A stretch of 64,000 nt of DNA from Octopus vulgaris. Taxonomy: Eukaryota. Positions 12,534 to 25,527 of the stretch are shown one piece after another. The DNA lies in contig OX597830.1 of the NCBI GenBank assembly GCA_951406725.2, forward strand, positions 29,388,001-29,452,000, given 5' to 3'. A program made the translations under genes and the position numbers. Each line of letters opens with the position of its first letter. Position 1 is the stretch's first letter. Below the pieces are notes generated by a model that searched no databases, was not told the DNA's origin, and saw only the letters and a list, made by a program, of their open reading frames with translations.

Positions 12534-12580
12534 ATCTGAGACATCGATGTTTCGAGTTTATCGTCTCTTGTCGATCAGAT
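12534..12580 (-). ncRNA. Hammerhead variant (TCGACAA / TTGANAA-type core)
   Basis: Minus strand: ATCTGA-TCGACAA-GAG ACGATAAA CTC-GAAA-CATCGATG-TC-TCAGAT; perfect 6-bp stem I and 10-nt palindrome ACATCGATGT. Confidence 0.7.
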
Positions 12581-12854
12581 GTACCTGAGAGGTAAAATCT
12601 TTATTATGATCATTAGCATCGTACATTAAAAAGGACATTACAAGAACAAATGCAGAAATGTTAAATGAGTTCGAATGAGATTATGTAAAAAATTAGCTTA
12701 AAAAAATATTTTATAGAAACGATTAACTTTTTACCTTTAACTTTTTACCTTTTTTTATTTTAAACGAAAACAAAGAAAGAAAAAAATAAATGTTCAAAAG
12801 ATCAAACCCGGCATCCTATAAGGCCCAGCAATTAGCTTTTCCTTTCATCGATGA

Positions 12855-13620
12855 TTAAGCTGGGTTACTGAAACTCACCTTTCTCATCCTATCCTTCCAT
12901 CGTTTCTCGTATTCCCTCGGTGGCAGGGTCTCCCTCTCCATCTCCATCTTGCTCTTCAGATGATATCTGAAGTAAGACAGCAAACCGAGGCCAGAGATGA
13001 AGGACCCTGAAAAAAACCTTCCAATCTCGTCTCCAAAAACGCTTTTTAAGTACTGCAACCGTAGAGTAAAAACAAGCCTTACCTTCTTTTGAGAGTCCAG
13101 TTGGCGGTATCATCTTTATTATAGATCCAGCCGACAGCGGTACTCGTCCCAGATGCGACAACACGTGTTCAACGTAACTTCTCAAGCTAGATTGCTCCCA
13201 ACATTGTACAAAAGCATTCTGAACGGTTTCATCGTCCAGCCCACATCTTGGACATGTCGGTAGCACTAACAAAACGTGCCTAGATAACTTATCGCGAACT
13301 GGTAATGCATTCCCGTAGCACTGCCAGGTCAGGGACTTTTGGAAGTTGTCCAAATACCCCAGCCTGAAAGTTTTTCTGAACAGGTTGGCAAATTGGTTCT
13401 AATCGAACCCCAGAGCCCCTCCTAGAACGTCATCGATTTTAGCCTCTACCAACCCTCTATAGAACACCGGGGTGGTATTCCCGCTGCCGCCCTTGCCCGT
13501 CTTTTGGATCAGCCAGAGTGCCTGACAGCACTCCTGCCATATTACGTATTTTAATGAAACCGGGTTTAAATCTCTTAGATGTACCTGAGATGTGCAACCC
13601 TGAACGAACTGACAAAGCCA
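12855..13620 (-). pseudogene. Tx1/L1-clade LINE ORF2 C-terminal fragment (zf-RVT-like zinc knuckle)
   Basis: ORF 12889-13353 FQKSLTWQCYGNALPVRDKL..TCPRCGLDDETVQNAFVQC; frameshifted flanking ORFs 13399-13626 and 12855-13058. Confidence 0.8.
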
Positions 13621-13767
13621 ACACATTGACTGATTTGCGCTAATAGATCGCCCGATCCAGAAAAATATCGGAGTAAATGCGCTAAGCAGTGTTTACGTAT
13701 AATCACAATTTAGGTTAGTTGAAATATGTTTGTCTCACTTCCATGCATTCGTCGTGTGTGGATTTAA

Positions 13768-14097
13768 AATTGAAGAAATTTGAGTCAACAAGGAGTACGG
13801 TTGGACAGCTACGTTTTAATCTCTACAATTGTTTCGACGCACCGTATTTCTCCAGGAATACAGGTATTTGATTATGCAACTACTTGCTGGCATAATGAGA
13901 TCTAGGTGATATGCTAACGGTAACAACATTCGCATATCGTCTGAGGAAACACAACTAGACCTCATTATGAAAACACACTGATGCATCATCAACTACAACG
14001 CAGTTCATGGAGAACTACGTTGCGTCGAAACAATTGAAACGATTAAAAAATAACTGTCCAACCGTACGTCTTCCTGTTGACTTTAGCTTCTTCGATT
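13768..14097. repeat. ~330 bp fold-back element carrying a hammerhead
   Basis: GTACGGTTGGACAG / CTGTCCAACCGTAC, CAATTGTTTCGACGCA / TGCGTCGAAACAATTG and CATAATGAG / CTCATTATG pair across the centre. Confidence 0.9.
13936..14043 (+). ncRNA. Hammerhead with long stem II insertion (decayed)
   Basis: ATCGT-CTGAGGA-AACACAAC..GTTGCGTC-GAAA-CAATTG-AA-ACGAT; the inverted arm retains GAAA-CAATTG-TA. Confidence 0.65.
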
Positions 14098-15094
14098 ATA
14101 TATATATATAAAATGAATCTCAAAATATACAATCTTATTGGTAACTGAACGGCTGCGACATTTAGAAATTCTGTGATGAATATGTACATGAAAGCAGGGG
14201 TATAGTTTGTTCTACTTATAGTGGCTTAAACCAATTTTGAGATATCTGGTAAATCATAAATAATGTTTCAATTTCTTCTGCAACTGTTTACTTTCTTCTT
14301 TGCAAATTGTATCAACTAATTTTCTTTGTTACCACAATACTGAAAGATATAAAACTTTTCATTTAAATTTTAGAGACATCTAATAATCATGATTAGATTT
14401 CTACTGAAATGCCATCTCTCATAAAAAATTACGCTCCCTTTCACTTCCTCATCTTCATCGCACGCTACCCTCGCTTCTCGGTCATTTTCACCGATTTTGT
14501 GTTTCTCTTTCTCGGTCTCTCTATCAATCTCTGCCTAAAGTTTTCTACCCCACCTAGACATCACCCTAAACCTGATGCATTTACTCTCATAATCAAGCAT
14601 GCACACACATACAAACACTCACACGCACATACATATATGCACACACAAGGGCACACACGTATATACAGCCACATATATAAATACATACAAATATATTTTC
14701 TATATTCGTAAACTCAAGAAATTCGATGCATTTCTATGTCTTCATATGACAACTGCATTACAATGATTAGCTAATTATCACTTCGATAGTAACTAAGATG
14801 ATATTTATTGTGTATATAATATCCCCATTTTGATCATAAAGATAGTGATAATAAGAGTGTAGTGGAAATCGAATGATCACATTAATCATGCTTCATTATA
14901 AAGACGTTGGCGACAATATAACACTGGAAACATTATGGCGGACAAAAAGAAATAATGGCATCTGTATAGTAATATTTTCAGCATAAACTTTAGATAACGA
15001 TTTCCAAATTAGCAAGAAAATTCGCGTTCAAGAAACTCTTGGAAAATATTGTAGCATATTGTAAACTTTAATCTGAACAGTCTTGGCTGGCACA

Positions 15095-15480
15095 ACGGGC
15101 TTGGCTGTGTGGTGCGCTCTTTGCTATCGCAACCATATACTTCCAGGTTCGGTCTCACAGCGTGACAACTTCAATATGTGTTTTCTATTGTAAATTTGGT
15201 AGGTGGAAACTGAAAGAACCCTGATCTATGCATTGTGTGTGTGAATGTGTATGTGTCTTTGTATCTGCGTTTCCCCACCACCACAACCACCACCACTACC
15301 ACCACGTGGCAACCGATACTGGCGTGTTTAAGTCACCGCAACGTAGGGCTTCAGCAAAAGAAAGTGATCGAATGAATAACAGGGTTAAAGAACATAAGTT
15401 GTGGGGGCGATTCGTTCGACTAAAATTATTGCCCCAGCATGACCGCAGTCAAATAACTGAAACACAAGTAAAAGATAAAA
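15095..15480 (+). mobile_element. SINE family B, degenerate
   Basis: GGCTGTGTGGT head; CCAGCATGACCGCAGTCAAATAACTGAAAC tail. Confidence 0.65.
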
Positions 15481-15552
15481 GTTCTCATGAGTCTTCTGAT
15501 ATTCTTCCTTTGTACACCTATACATACATAATTACACACACACACACACATA

Positions 15553-15583
<31 letters not shown>

Positions 15584-16468
15584 GTGTATGTATGTATGTA
15601 TGAATGTATGCATGTATATATGTATGCATGTATATATATATATATATACATATGTACGTGTGTGTATATATGCGTGTATGTATTATGTATGTATGTGGGC
15701 GTGCATGAGCGCGCGCGCGCGCGCGCGTGTGTGTGTGTGTGCGTTTCTGTCTATGTGTCTGTTATCATAATAAGAGCCACAAATCTTGTGAAATACAGCT
15801 ACCCAAGTTTTCCTGGACGAAAATTAATTACTTCGCAGTTTATCAAGCTGTTAGAAACAACAACGAGTTTTGTTAACTGCGTCCGATGCAATTGACTTTA
15901 TAATGAAAAGACGCATTTAGGAAAAGAGAGCGGAGAACACAGGGGAGATAATTAACTTCACAGTAAATATAACCAGTGCCTTGCGAATATCCAAATAAAA
16001 AATAGTACCTAACATTGGGATGGTTTCTGATGTGCCCGGTGGTCTTTCATCCCGTAGTTTACAACTAAAGATGGGAGCCAGTCCGAATGTTTGTAACACA
16101 CTTGGAAATTGAAGTTGCAAGAGAAATGTGAAGACAGCTTAGGCGTCCATACAAACATATCGACGAACGCAACCCACCCTCATTCGAGTAAGAATGGTTT
16201 GTAGCGGATGGAGCGGTTCAGAATCTCTAAGAATCTTTCTTGTATAATTCATTCATTAAAATATGCTGTGCTTTGTAAGAAACTTACCAGAAATTGTTGT
16301 CAGACTTCAAGAAAATATTTGCGGCATGCAAGTCAGAAGTCAGAAATAATTAAATCCAATTATAACATCTGATTAAGTTTTCCTGTTAATTTAGTAAGTT
16401 AGTTAAGTTAAGTATGACGGCGTAGCTGCTTATTTGCTAAAAATGTAAGTACCATATTACAATATATA

Positions 16469-16521
<53 letters not shown>

Positions 16522-16640
16522 TTAGAGATAAAACCACTACTAGGCAAATCATACAATGACAAACTTAAGCCAATACATAAGATTAATTAATTTATATTAT
16601 TTAAATATATATCGAAATTATTAAAAAAGATAATTAATAT

Positions 16641-16708
16641 AACACTACGATCGTTTCATGGCTGTCCAATTCTTAAAATTTCGAGTTACAGTCATTCTTC
16701 AGGTGGTT
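16641..16708 (-). ncRNA. Type I hammerhead ribozyme, canonical core
   Basis: Minus strand: CAC-CTGAAGA-ATGACTGT[22 nt]ACAGCCAT-GAAA-CGATCG-TA-GTG; lies in a ~290 bp island (16517-16802) between (TA)n runs. Confidence 0.8.
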
Positions 16709-16799
16709 TAAATATTTAACTTGGCGAGGTTTAATCAATGAAGTTCAATCAATCTGATTTTTCCCTGTAAGTTTGGATTTATTCCCTAATATTTTATTA

Positions 16800-16837
<38 letters not shown>

Positions 16838-16841
<4 letters not shown>

Positions 16842-17763
16842 TAAAAATAATTCCAACCTTGTCTGATTTTCACGTTTTATTTACAATCTTATAATGATAT
16901 ATTATAAGATAATATATTATAATTGAATAAAATAAAATGAAATAGTAGAATGTTAAATATTCATTCTGATTGAACTAGTACTTTCATGCATTGAATTCTG
17001 CAATCTTCGGGTTCATGTAGTAGTGTTGACAGTCATGCTTCACAATTTTTGACTGTAGCAAGATGAGTGATTCTGTGCTATAAATACAGCTGGGTAGGCT
17101 CCAGAGTGCTAGGTTTTGCGAAATCAGTGACCAATCAGTGTGTAGTATCACTCAATTACTTAAGCTGATTGGTTGGTTGAGCTGATTGGTTTAGGCATCA
17201 CGCTTTGTTGGACAGGTCAAGAGTCCTGTATCTTGACCCTGGCCGAAGCAGCAATTGTTGGGTTATTTTTAGAAATGTTGTAAATATCCTTTGTCAGAGA
17301 TTTTTATATTTTTATATTTCAATTGTCATCATCATCATTGTCAGCACCTTAATTATTGTTGCTAGTGGTGATGGTGGTGGCAATAGAACTTTTAACCCTA
17401 AATAAGATAATTTTCCTGCTATCTTCGTCTTGATCACCTTTAGTATTGTTCTTGTTGTTAGTGGTCATGGTCGTAGCAGTGGAAGTAATACCTCTAAGTA
17501 TTATTATTATTGCTTATTTAGCTTGGGTTCGAATTTATCAATAACATTCTTTTCTCTGATTTTCCTCTCGATTTCACTTGGGCTGTGTAATTTGTAGAAT
17601 GGAAATATTATATATATTTTCCGACCACATGTTGCTAGGTGGTTACTCAAAGGTATCTGACGGACCTCTGGGTCTCTAATCTGTTGCCGGTGTACACGTG
17701 AGCGTTCTAATAGTGCGTTTCCCGTCTGACCTACATATATTTCTTCACAATTTGGGCATTTTA
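16838..17763 (-). mobile_element. Penelope-like retroelement remnant (GIY-YIG + 3' region)
   Basis: [68 protein letters not shown]; hammerhead ~500 bp downstream. Confidence 0.9.
16971..17015 (-). ncRNA. Minimal hammerhead (core CCGAAGA, one substitution)
   Basis: Minus strand: TGAAC-CCGAAGA-T TGCA GAATTCAA TGCA T-GAAA-GTAC-TA-GTTCA. Confidence 0.75.
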
Positions 17764-17787
17764 TATATATGTATATATATATATATG

Positions 17788-17877
<90 letters not shown>

Positions 17878-18041
17878 CATATAAACACATCAGTGGATCC
17901 CTGCCGCATAATTCTATTGTGGTTTCGATTCCTCGAGAGAACATGCATTGTGCTCTTGACCAACAACCTCCATGTAACGTTCATCCAGTCCATCTAACAG
18001 GCAAACGTGAATAATACAGCGACGAACGTTCGGCATGCTAA

Positions 18042-18096
<55 letters not shown>

Positions 18097-18151
18097 GTAA
18101 TAATAATAATTTATATAACATAATAATGGAGGGCTCGTGGAAATCAAGTTG

Positions 18152-18210
18152 TAATATTAAAATAAATTTGTTTGAAATTTTACTGTGTCTCCATTATTTT
18201 GTCCAACTCC

Positions 18211-18212
<2 letters not shown>
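18152..18212 (+). mobile_element. Solo terminal fragment of the Tc1 family at 39249
   Basis: TGTCTCCATTATTTTGTCCAACTCCT matches the Tc1 TIR. Confidence 0.7.
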
Positions 18213-18269
<57 letters not shown>

Positions 18270-18271
<2 letters not shown>

Positions 18272-18657
18272 CGCAGGTGTAGTTGTGTGGCAAGAACTTT
18301 GCTTCTCAACCACATGTTTTCGTTTAAAGTCCCACTTTGCGGCAACTTGGTATAGTTTCTTCTACTGTAACCTCTGTCCGACCGAAATCTTGTGGGGGGA
18401 TTTGGTAGACTGATAGTGAAAGCAGCCTGTAGTGTGTATATATATTTGTACACTTGTGCGTCTTTGTTTGTTCCTATCCTCACCATCGCTTGGCAACCGA
18501 TGTTTGTGTGTTTGCGTCCCTGTTTGTTAGTAGTTCGCAAAAGAGGGTTGGAATAAGTAGTAAGCTTACAGAGAAAAAGTCTTTGGAGTCGATTTGTTCG
18601 ACTAAAGGCGGTGCTCCAGCACGACCACAGTCAAAGGACTGAAACAAGTGAAAGAAT
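18270..18657 (+). mobile_element. SINE family B
   Basis: Full head-to-tail homology with 22287-22738. Confidence 0.8.
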
Positions 18658-18801
18658 ATATATATGTATGTATGTACGTATGTACATCAATTACGATTTG
18701 ACGAAACAATTGCACCGTATAAGTGTTTGTCTGTCTACATATATATTCATTAATATATTTCACGCACCTTGCAGATATATATCGTATTTTAGTTCTAGAA
18801 C

Positions 18802-19030
18802 GCGGCGAGCTGGCAGAAACGTTAGCACGCCGGGCGAAATGCTAGCCGTATTTCGTCTGCCGTTACATTCTGAGTTCAAATTCCGCCGAGCATGACTTTG
18901 CCTTTCATCCTTTCGAGGTCAATAAATTAAGTACCAGTTACGCACTGGAGTCAATGTAATCGACTTAATCCGTTTGTCTGTCGCTGTTTATCTCCCCTGT
19001 GTTTAGCCCCTTGTGGGTAATAAAGAAATA
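18802..19030 (+). mobile_element. SINE family A
   Basis: GCGGCGAGCTGGCAGAAACGTTAGCACGCCGGGCGAAAT..GAGTTCAAATTCCGCC. Confidence 0.85.
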
Positions 19031-19498
19031 TATATATTTTATTTTATTTCTAAACTGATATGACAGCGATTTCAATCTTTAAAGAATTCCTTCGAAAATA
19101 TCACCATTATATTTGCACCCTTATATTTTACCTTCTTTCTTTGTTATAGCTCTTCAGCAATTACTGATATATAAAGGTTTGAATGTTGCCAATAAAGATT
19201 GCAAATTATTAATATGATCACACAAATTCAGAAATTTTCTGCAAACCCGAATCCGAATCATTCTACATAGAATCCACACAATTGCCGTGGCGTAAGTGCC
19301 TCGGGAGACATTTAATGAATCTATGACTTTATTATACACAAAATGCTACGCAGAGATGTATATTTTTTGACACAATTACATACACAAGCACACACACACA
19401 CACACACACTTACTTACACGCACATACTCATATATGTTTATATATACATGTGTGTGCACACATTTATATGATTATATACATATAAGCGTACGTATCAG

Positions 19499-19547
<49 letters not shown>

Positions 19548-19702
19548 TTGTATAGATTTGCAAATATGCTTGTATACATACACACAAATACAGGGTGTGT
19601 CCAGGAATTTCTGTAGACCGATATCATATATAGAGTTGGACTTTATATATAAACACACATACATATATCCATTTATGTAGTTTAATATATGTGTGCATAC
19701 CT

Positions 19703-19740
<38 letters not shown>

Positions 19741-19757
19741 GTTTTTGTGTGTTTATG

Positions 19758-19800
<43 letters not shown>

Positions 19801-20307
19801 GTGTGTGTGTGTGTGTGTGTGCGTGTATGTGTGTGTGCATGCGTGTGTGTGTGTGTGTGTGTGTACGTATATATGTATATATATGTGAGTGTGTGTTTGT
19901 AGGTGCAATATCACAATATTGCAAGCGTCTAGAAATATCGGCAATTTTTAATATAGTTCCAAAGCCTAGCCCTAAGCTAAGTAAGAACAAATGACAAGAA
20001 TATATATGGTAGAAATATACGTTCTTATATATTGATATATTTTTTTCTATAAAGTGAATTGGTTTCCTGTCTAAATTTATAAATTTAATGTTTCATATTT
20101 CACTCCTTGGTTTGTATTAGTCAAGTTTCTTCTCATGACTATGCAAAGCTGTGGATCAGTGGAAGATCTTAAACTTATTATTTGCATTCTCTATCCATTT
20201 CTTCAATTAACCCTGTTACAATCCTACAGGCATACATGCATAGAAATGCCAGCTCGCAAATAACAGACACCTCACCAAACACACTCCTGCATACATACAT
20301 ATCTATA

Positions 20308-20390
<83 letters not shown>

Positions 20391-20557
20391 GATACACGAT
20401 CCCTATTGATCCCTATTGATCGTCCCCACCTCTTTTTCTTTTCACGATCACTTTTGATCGGAATTCGACCCTTTTTTCCTTCTCTTCTTCCCGAAAAGAA
20501 AAGCTCTGCTTTGTATTTTGCCTCTTCTGTATTCAGCCCAGCGTGGCCAATAAAGAA

Positions 20558-20660
<103 letters not shown>

Positions 20661-20716
20661 GATCGATCTGTCTGTCAGTCTGTCTGTCTTTTTATCTCTT
20701 TCGCTCTATATGTATT

Positions 20717-20766
<50 letters not shown>

Positions 20767-20823
20767 TAATAGAAATATGTTACAAAAAGAAAATAGAAAA
20801 TAGACACTACACGTGGTAATGTA

Positions 20824-21896
<1,073 letters not shown>

Positions 21897-21926
21897 CGGT
21901 AGATAGATATTAGTCTTATTGTAAAC

Positions 21927-22455
21927 CAGTTGTTCTCAACCTATGGACTCCTTCTATTACTATTTTACGTGAGTGGATCCTGAAAGACATTGACAGTTTA
22001 AACAATCCTGTTATTGAAGAACAAGTAGAAGGATCATTTTTTTTCAACACGTAAATACTGAACAGTATATATAAAAGATAAAATCCTTTTAAGAGCAGAA
22101 AAATTTGCCGGCAACCAGCCATGGTTAGCATTTACGTGTTGAAGAACCATTATCTTTCTGCTTGCTCTACTGTACGTTTCACCACTTCAGAAACAATCTT
22201 ATGTTTCTTTAGATATGACGTAATCCTGTTATTATATTTTTTTTAATAAATATTAGTAGGAATTGTATTAAAAATATATATTTATAGGCGCAGGAGTGGC
22301 TGTGTGGTAAGTAGCTTGTTTACCAACCACATGGTTCCGGTTTCTGTCCCACTGCGTGGCACCTTGGGCAAGTCTCTTCTAATATAGCCTCGGGCCGACC
22401 AAATCCTTGTGAGTGGATTTGGTAGACGGAAACTGAAAGAAGCCCGTCGTATATA

Positions 22456-22515
<60 letters not shown>

Positions 22516-22837
22516 TGTATGTGTTTGTGTCCGTGTTTGTCCTCCTAGCATTGATTGACAACCGATGCTGGTGTGTTTATGTCCCCGTTACTTAGTGGTT
22601 CGGCAAAAGAGACCGATAGAATAAGTACTGGGCTTACAACAGAATAAGTCCCGGGTTCGAGTTGCTCGATTAAAGGCGGTGCTCCAACATGGCCGCAGTC
22701 AAATGACTGAAACAAATAAAAGAATAAAGAAAAAGAAATACTGAATTATAGAAATACAATTTCTTTATTTCACAAAACCTTTAACGAAGCTTACGGTGAC
22801 CCACAATGGTGATGTGGAACCCGGTTGAGACCCACTA
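21927..22837. mobile_element. hAT-like MITE with a nested SINE
   Basis: TIRs CAGTTGTTCTCAACC / GGTTGAGACCCACTA; near-matching 8-bp flanks TTGTAAAC / CTGTAAAT. Confidence 0.65.
22287..22738 (+). mobile_element. SINE family B, near intact, with internal (TA)n
   Basis: GGCGCAGGAGTGGCTGTGTGGTAAG..CCTTGGGCAAG..GGAAACTGAAAGAAGCCCGTCG-(TA)n-..GACTGAAACAAATAAAAGAAT. Confidence 0.9.
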
Positions 22838-22929
22838 CTGTAAATAAACTGTAAATAAACATAGATATCCTAACTAATGGTTATTATTAATATTTTCCCT
22901 TAGTTTATCTAACCCTTCTGTTCAAAAGG

Positions 22930-23150
22930 TGGAGGGGCTTGGCTTAGTGATTAGGGTGTTGGACCGGGTGACGCATTGTGTTCTTGAGAAAAACACTTCA
23001 TTTCACTTTGCTCCAGTCCACTCATCTGGCAAAAAGGAGTAATTCTGCGAGAGACCGGCGTCTTGTCCAGGTGAGTAATAGATTTGCCATGAAACCAGTA
23101 AACCGGCCCTTATGAGTAGGTATGACTCGAGAAAGTAGCTTCACCTTTTC
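22930..23150 (+). mobile_element. SINE family D (CORE-like domain, tail type 2)
   Basis: TGGCTTAGTGATTAGGGTG head; TTGTGTTCTTGAG..TTGCTCCAGTCCACTCA; tail differs from 1021 and 43680. Confidence 0.65.
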
Positions 23151-24007
23151 GGCCCGATAAGTAAATATCAACATGATCCTTCCCTTTATTTTTATTACGT
23201 TATATCTAGATTCGATATCGAAGATGAAATCAATTTGATTGTATATCTATGTGTCACTCCTCCCAATAAAATCAGTAATGGGAAAATAAATGTCGTAAAC
23301 ATCATTTTGACATAACCCTCCCATTATCCTTTTTCGAAGTGTTTGTGAAAACAATGGTTAAATACACACGCACACGGGCGTGCATACACACACACACACA
23401 AAGAAGCACACACACATACACACACACCTACAAATACACACTGGTGCACACACACTGACACACACACACGCACGCAGAGACACAGAAACACACATGCCCG
23501 CGCGCACAAAATCATTCGCACAATCAGAGGTTTTGTAAGCATTACGCATTTATGCTAATTTCATGAATAGTTTTGGAATTTTTATCCAGTATTTATATCT
23601 TCTCTGAAGATGGCGTGAATAGCAAGAACACAGTTTTGCTTATTAGCTGACACTTATCACTAATGCCCTCCTTTACATGTAGTTGCTTGTTCAACAATCC
23701 GTAATTTCTTCCAGAAATCAATTCTACGTTTTCCACTTCCTTGAAATCAACGTCGTCACCACCATTGCTATTGTCGTCATTGTCATCTGTATCATCACCG
23801 CCACCAGCACAAACACAACCATCACGATCATCATCATCCTCATCTGCAACCTTCTATTTCTCCTCCTTCTCACCATCGTATTCATTACGACCGCCTTCAT
23901 TATCATTGTCTGCACACATTCCGCAACTAGCTCCACCTGTATTTCTTACACCTTGAATTTAATTGAACAGAGAAATCTATGTAGTAGAAACAGAATCTGT
24001 TACTTAC

Positions 24008-24039
24008 CTGGTAAAATGACATTGAAACAAACTCAGTAA
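24008..24039 (-). CDS. Candidate 32-nt micro-exon of an unidentified gene
   Basis: Minus strand: tttatttattcAG|TTACTGAGTTTGTTTCAATGTCATTTTACCAG|GTAAGT; one open frame (x)TEFVSMSFYQ. Confidence 0.3.
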
Positions 24040-24078
24040 CTGAATAAATAAATATAATCACGTACATATACAGCCACA

Positions 24079-24198
<120 letters not shown>

Positions 24199-24301
24199 GT
24201 TCTCCATGCAAGAAATCTTTTATTCGGCAGCCATCTATAGTTTTGAATGACTTCACATATTAATTTTTCCGATTATATCTTGTTATGATATGTATATCAT
24301 A

Positions 24302-24377
<76 letters not shown>

Positions 24378-25389
24378 GTGTGTGTGTTTAAATATATATA
24401 CATATCTTTTATCATCTGCTTGTTGGTCGACTGACTGCAACCATGCTGGTTCGTCACCTTGAAGTGTTTTTAGTCGAGCAAATCGACCGACAACTTGTGT
24501 TTCTTAGGACTAGTACTTATTCCATATATATATATATATTCTTATATATATATATGTAAGAGCCAAAGTTCACAGTGTAGGGATTTAAGAAGCTTCTAGC
24601 GCTCCGTAGAAGTTATAAAAAACATCTTTCAGGAACAATAATAGTTTATTGACGTAGAAGCTTGTAAAAGTTTCTCCCAACCGATGTTCGATAAGCTGAA
24701 AAATGTTATTTTATAGCTTACAGTTTAGCAGCTCGTCTTGCTGTGTATACGAATAGAAATACGAAGTTAAGTATCAGTGTACATAAAATCTAGGCTACAT
24801 ATTTTTCATTCCTAACAGAACCTCGGAAGTAAGAATTATCCAGAAGAGGGGGTAATATGTTAGCTTTACGTCAGGCCAAAGATACCTTAATCAAATGAAG
24901 TTTACATTGTCTTGAAGGGATTCCATGGTACCTCGCTGGAGAATCGATCGAAAATACACAGGAAGCATGGAGATAGGGAAGAAAATTTACCAGTCGTTTG
25001 GACAGTGACCACTACCCAGGTTCTGCTAGCTATGAAATATGTACCCTGGGTTTAATCTACACCACTCTTTAATTTTGTTTACAAATACACACAGGCACAG
25101 ATACACACACAAACATAAACACACACACACATATGTTTGAAAACGTGGGAATTTGGACTGGCGATTGTTGGTGATGTGAACTACCGTGAAAAGAAAGAGA
25201 ATTTGCTAAGAAGCAGAAGGGAAGAAAAGTTTTCCCTCAAGGGGAGAGAACCGCTTAGTGCTCATAATCTTTGTTCCTTTCTCTCCTTTGCTTTATTACG
25301 ATCGATATTTTCAAAATATCTTTACTTATAACAGAGGAGAAGAGACAAAGAGGGAAAAAAGTAACCAATAGAATATATAAATATCGCGC

Positions 25390-25425
<36 letters not shown>

Positions 25426-25449
25426 TCTTATGTGTATACGCACTTGCAC

Positions 25450-25527
<78 letters not shown>

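Larger units (their letters stand above)
12347..13738 (-). mobile_element. Hammerhead-containing pLTR-like direct repeat enclosing a LINE fragment
   Basis: 12347-12420 matches 13666-13738; same family as 26590-27125; hammerhead at 12534-12580. Confidence 0.65.

Noticed and set aside
23595-23640. CTGAAGA-TGGC..GCAA-GAAC hammerhead-like string
   Set aside because: No stem I and GAAA is not intact
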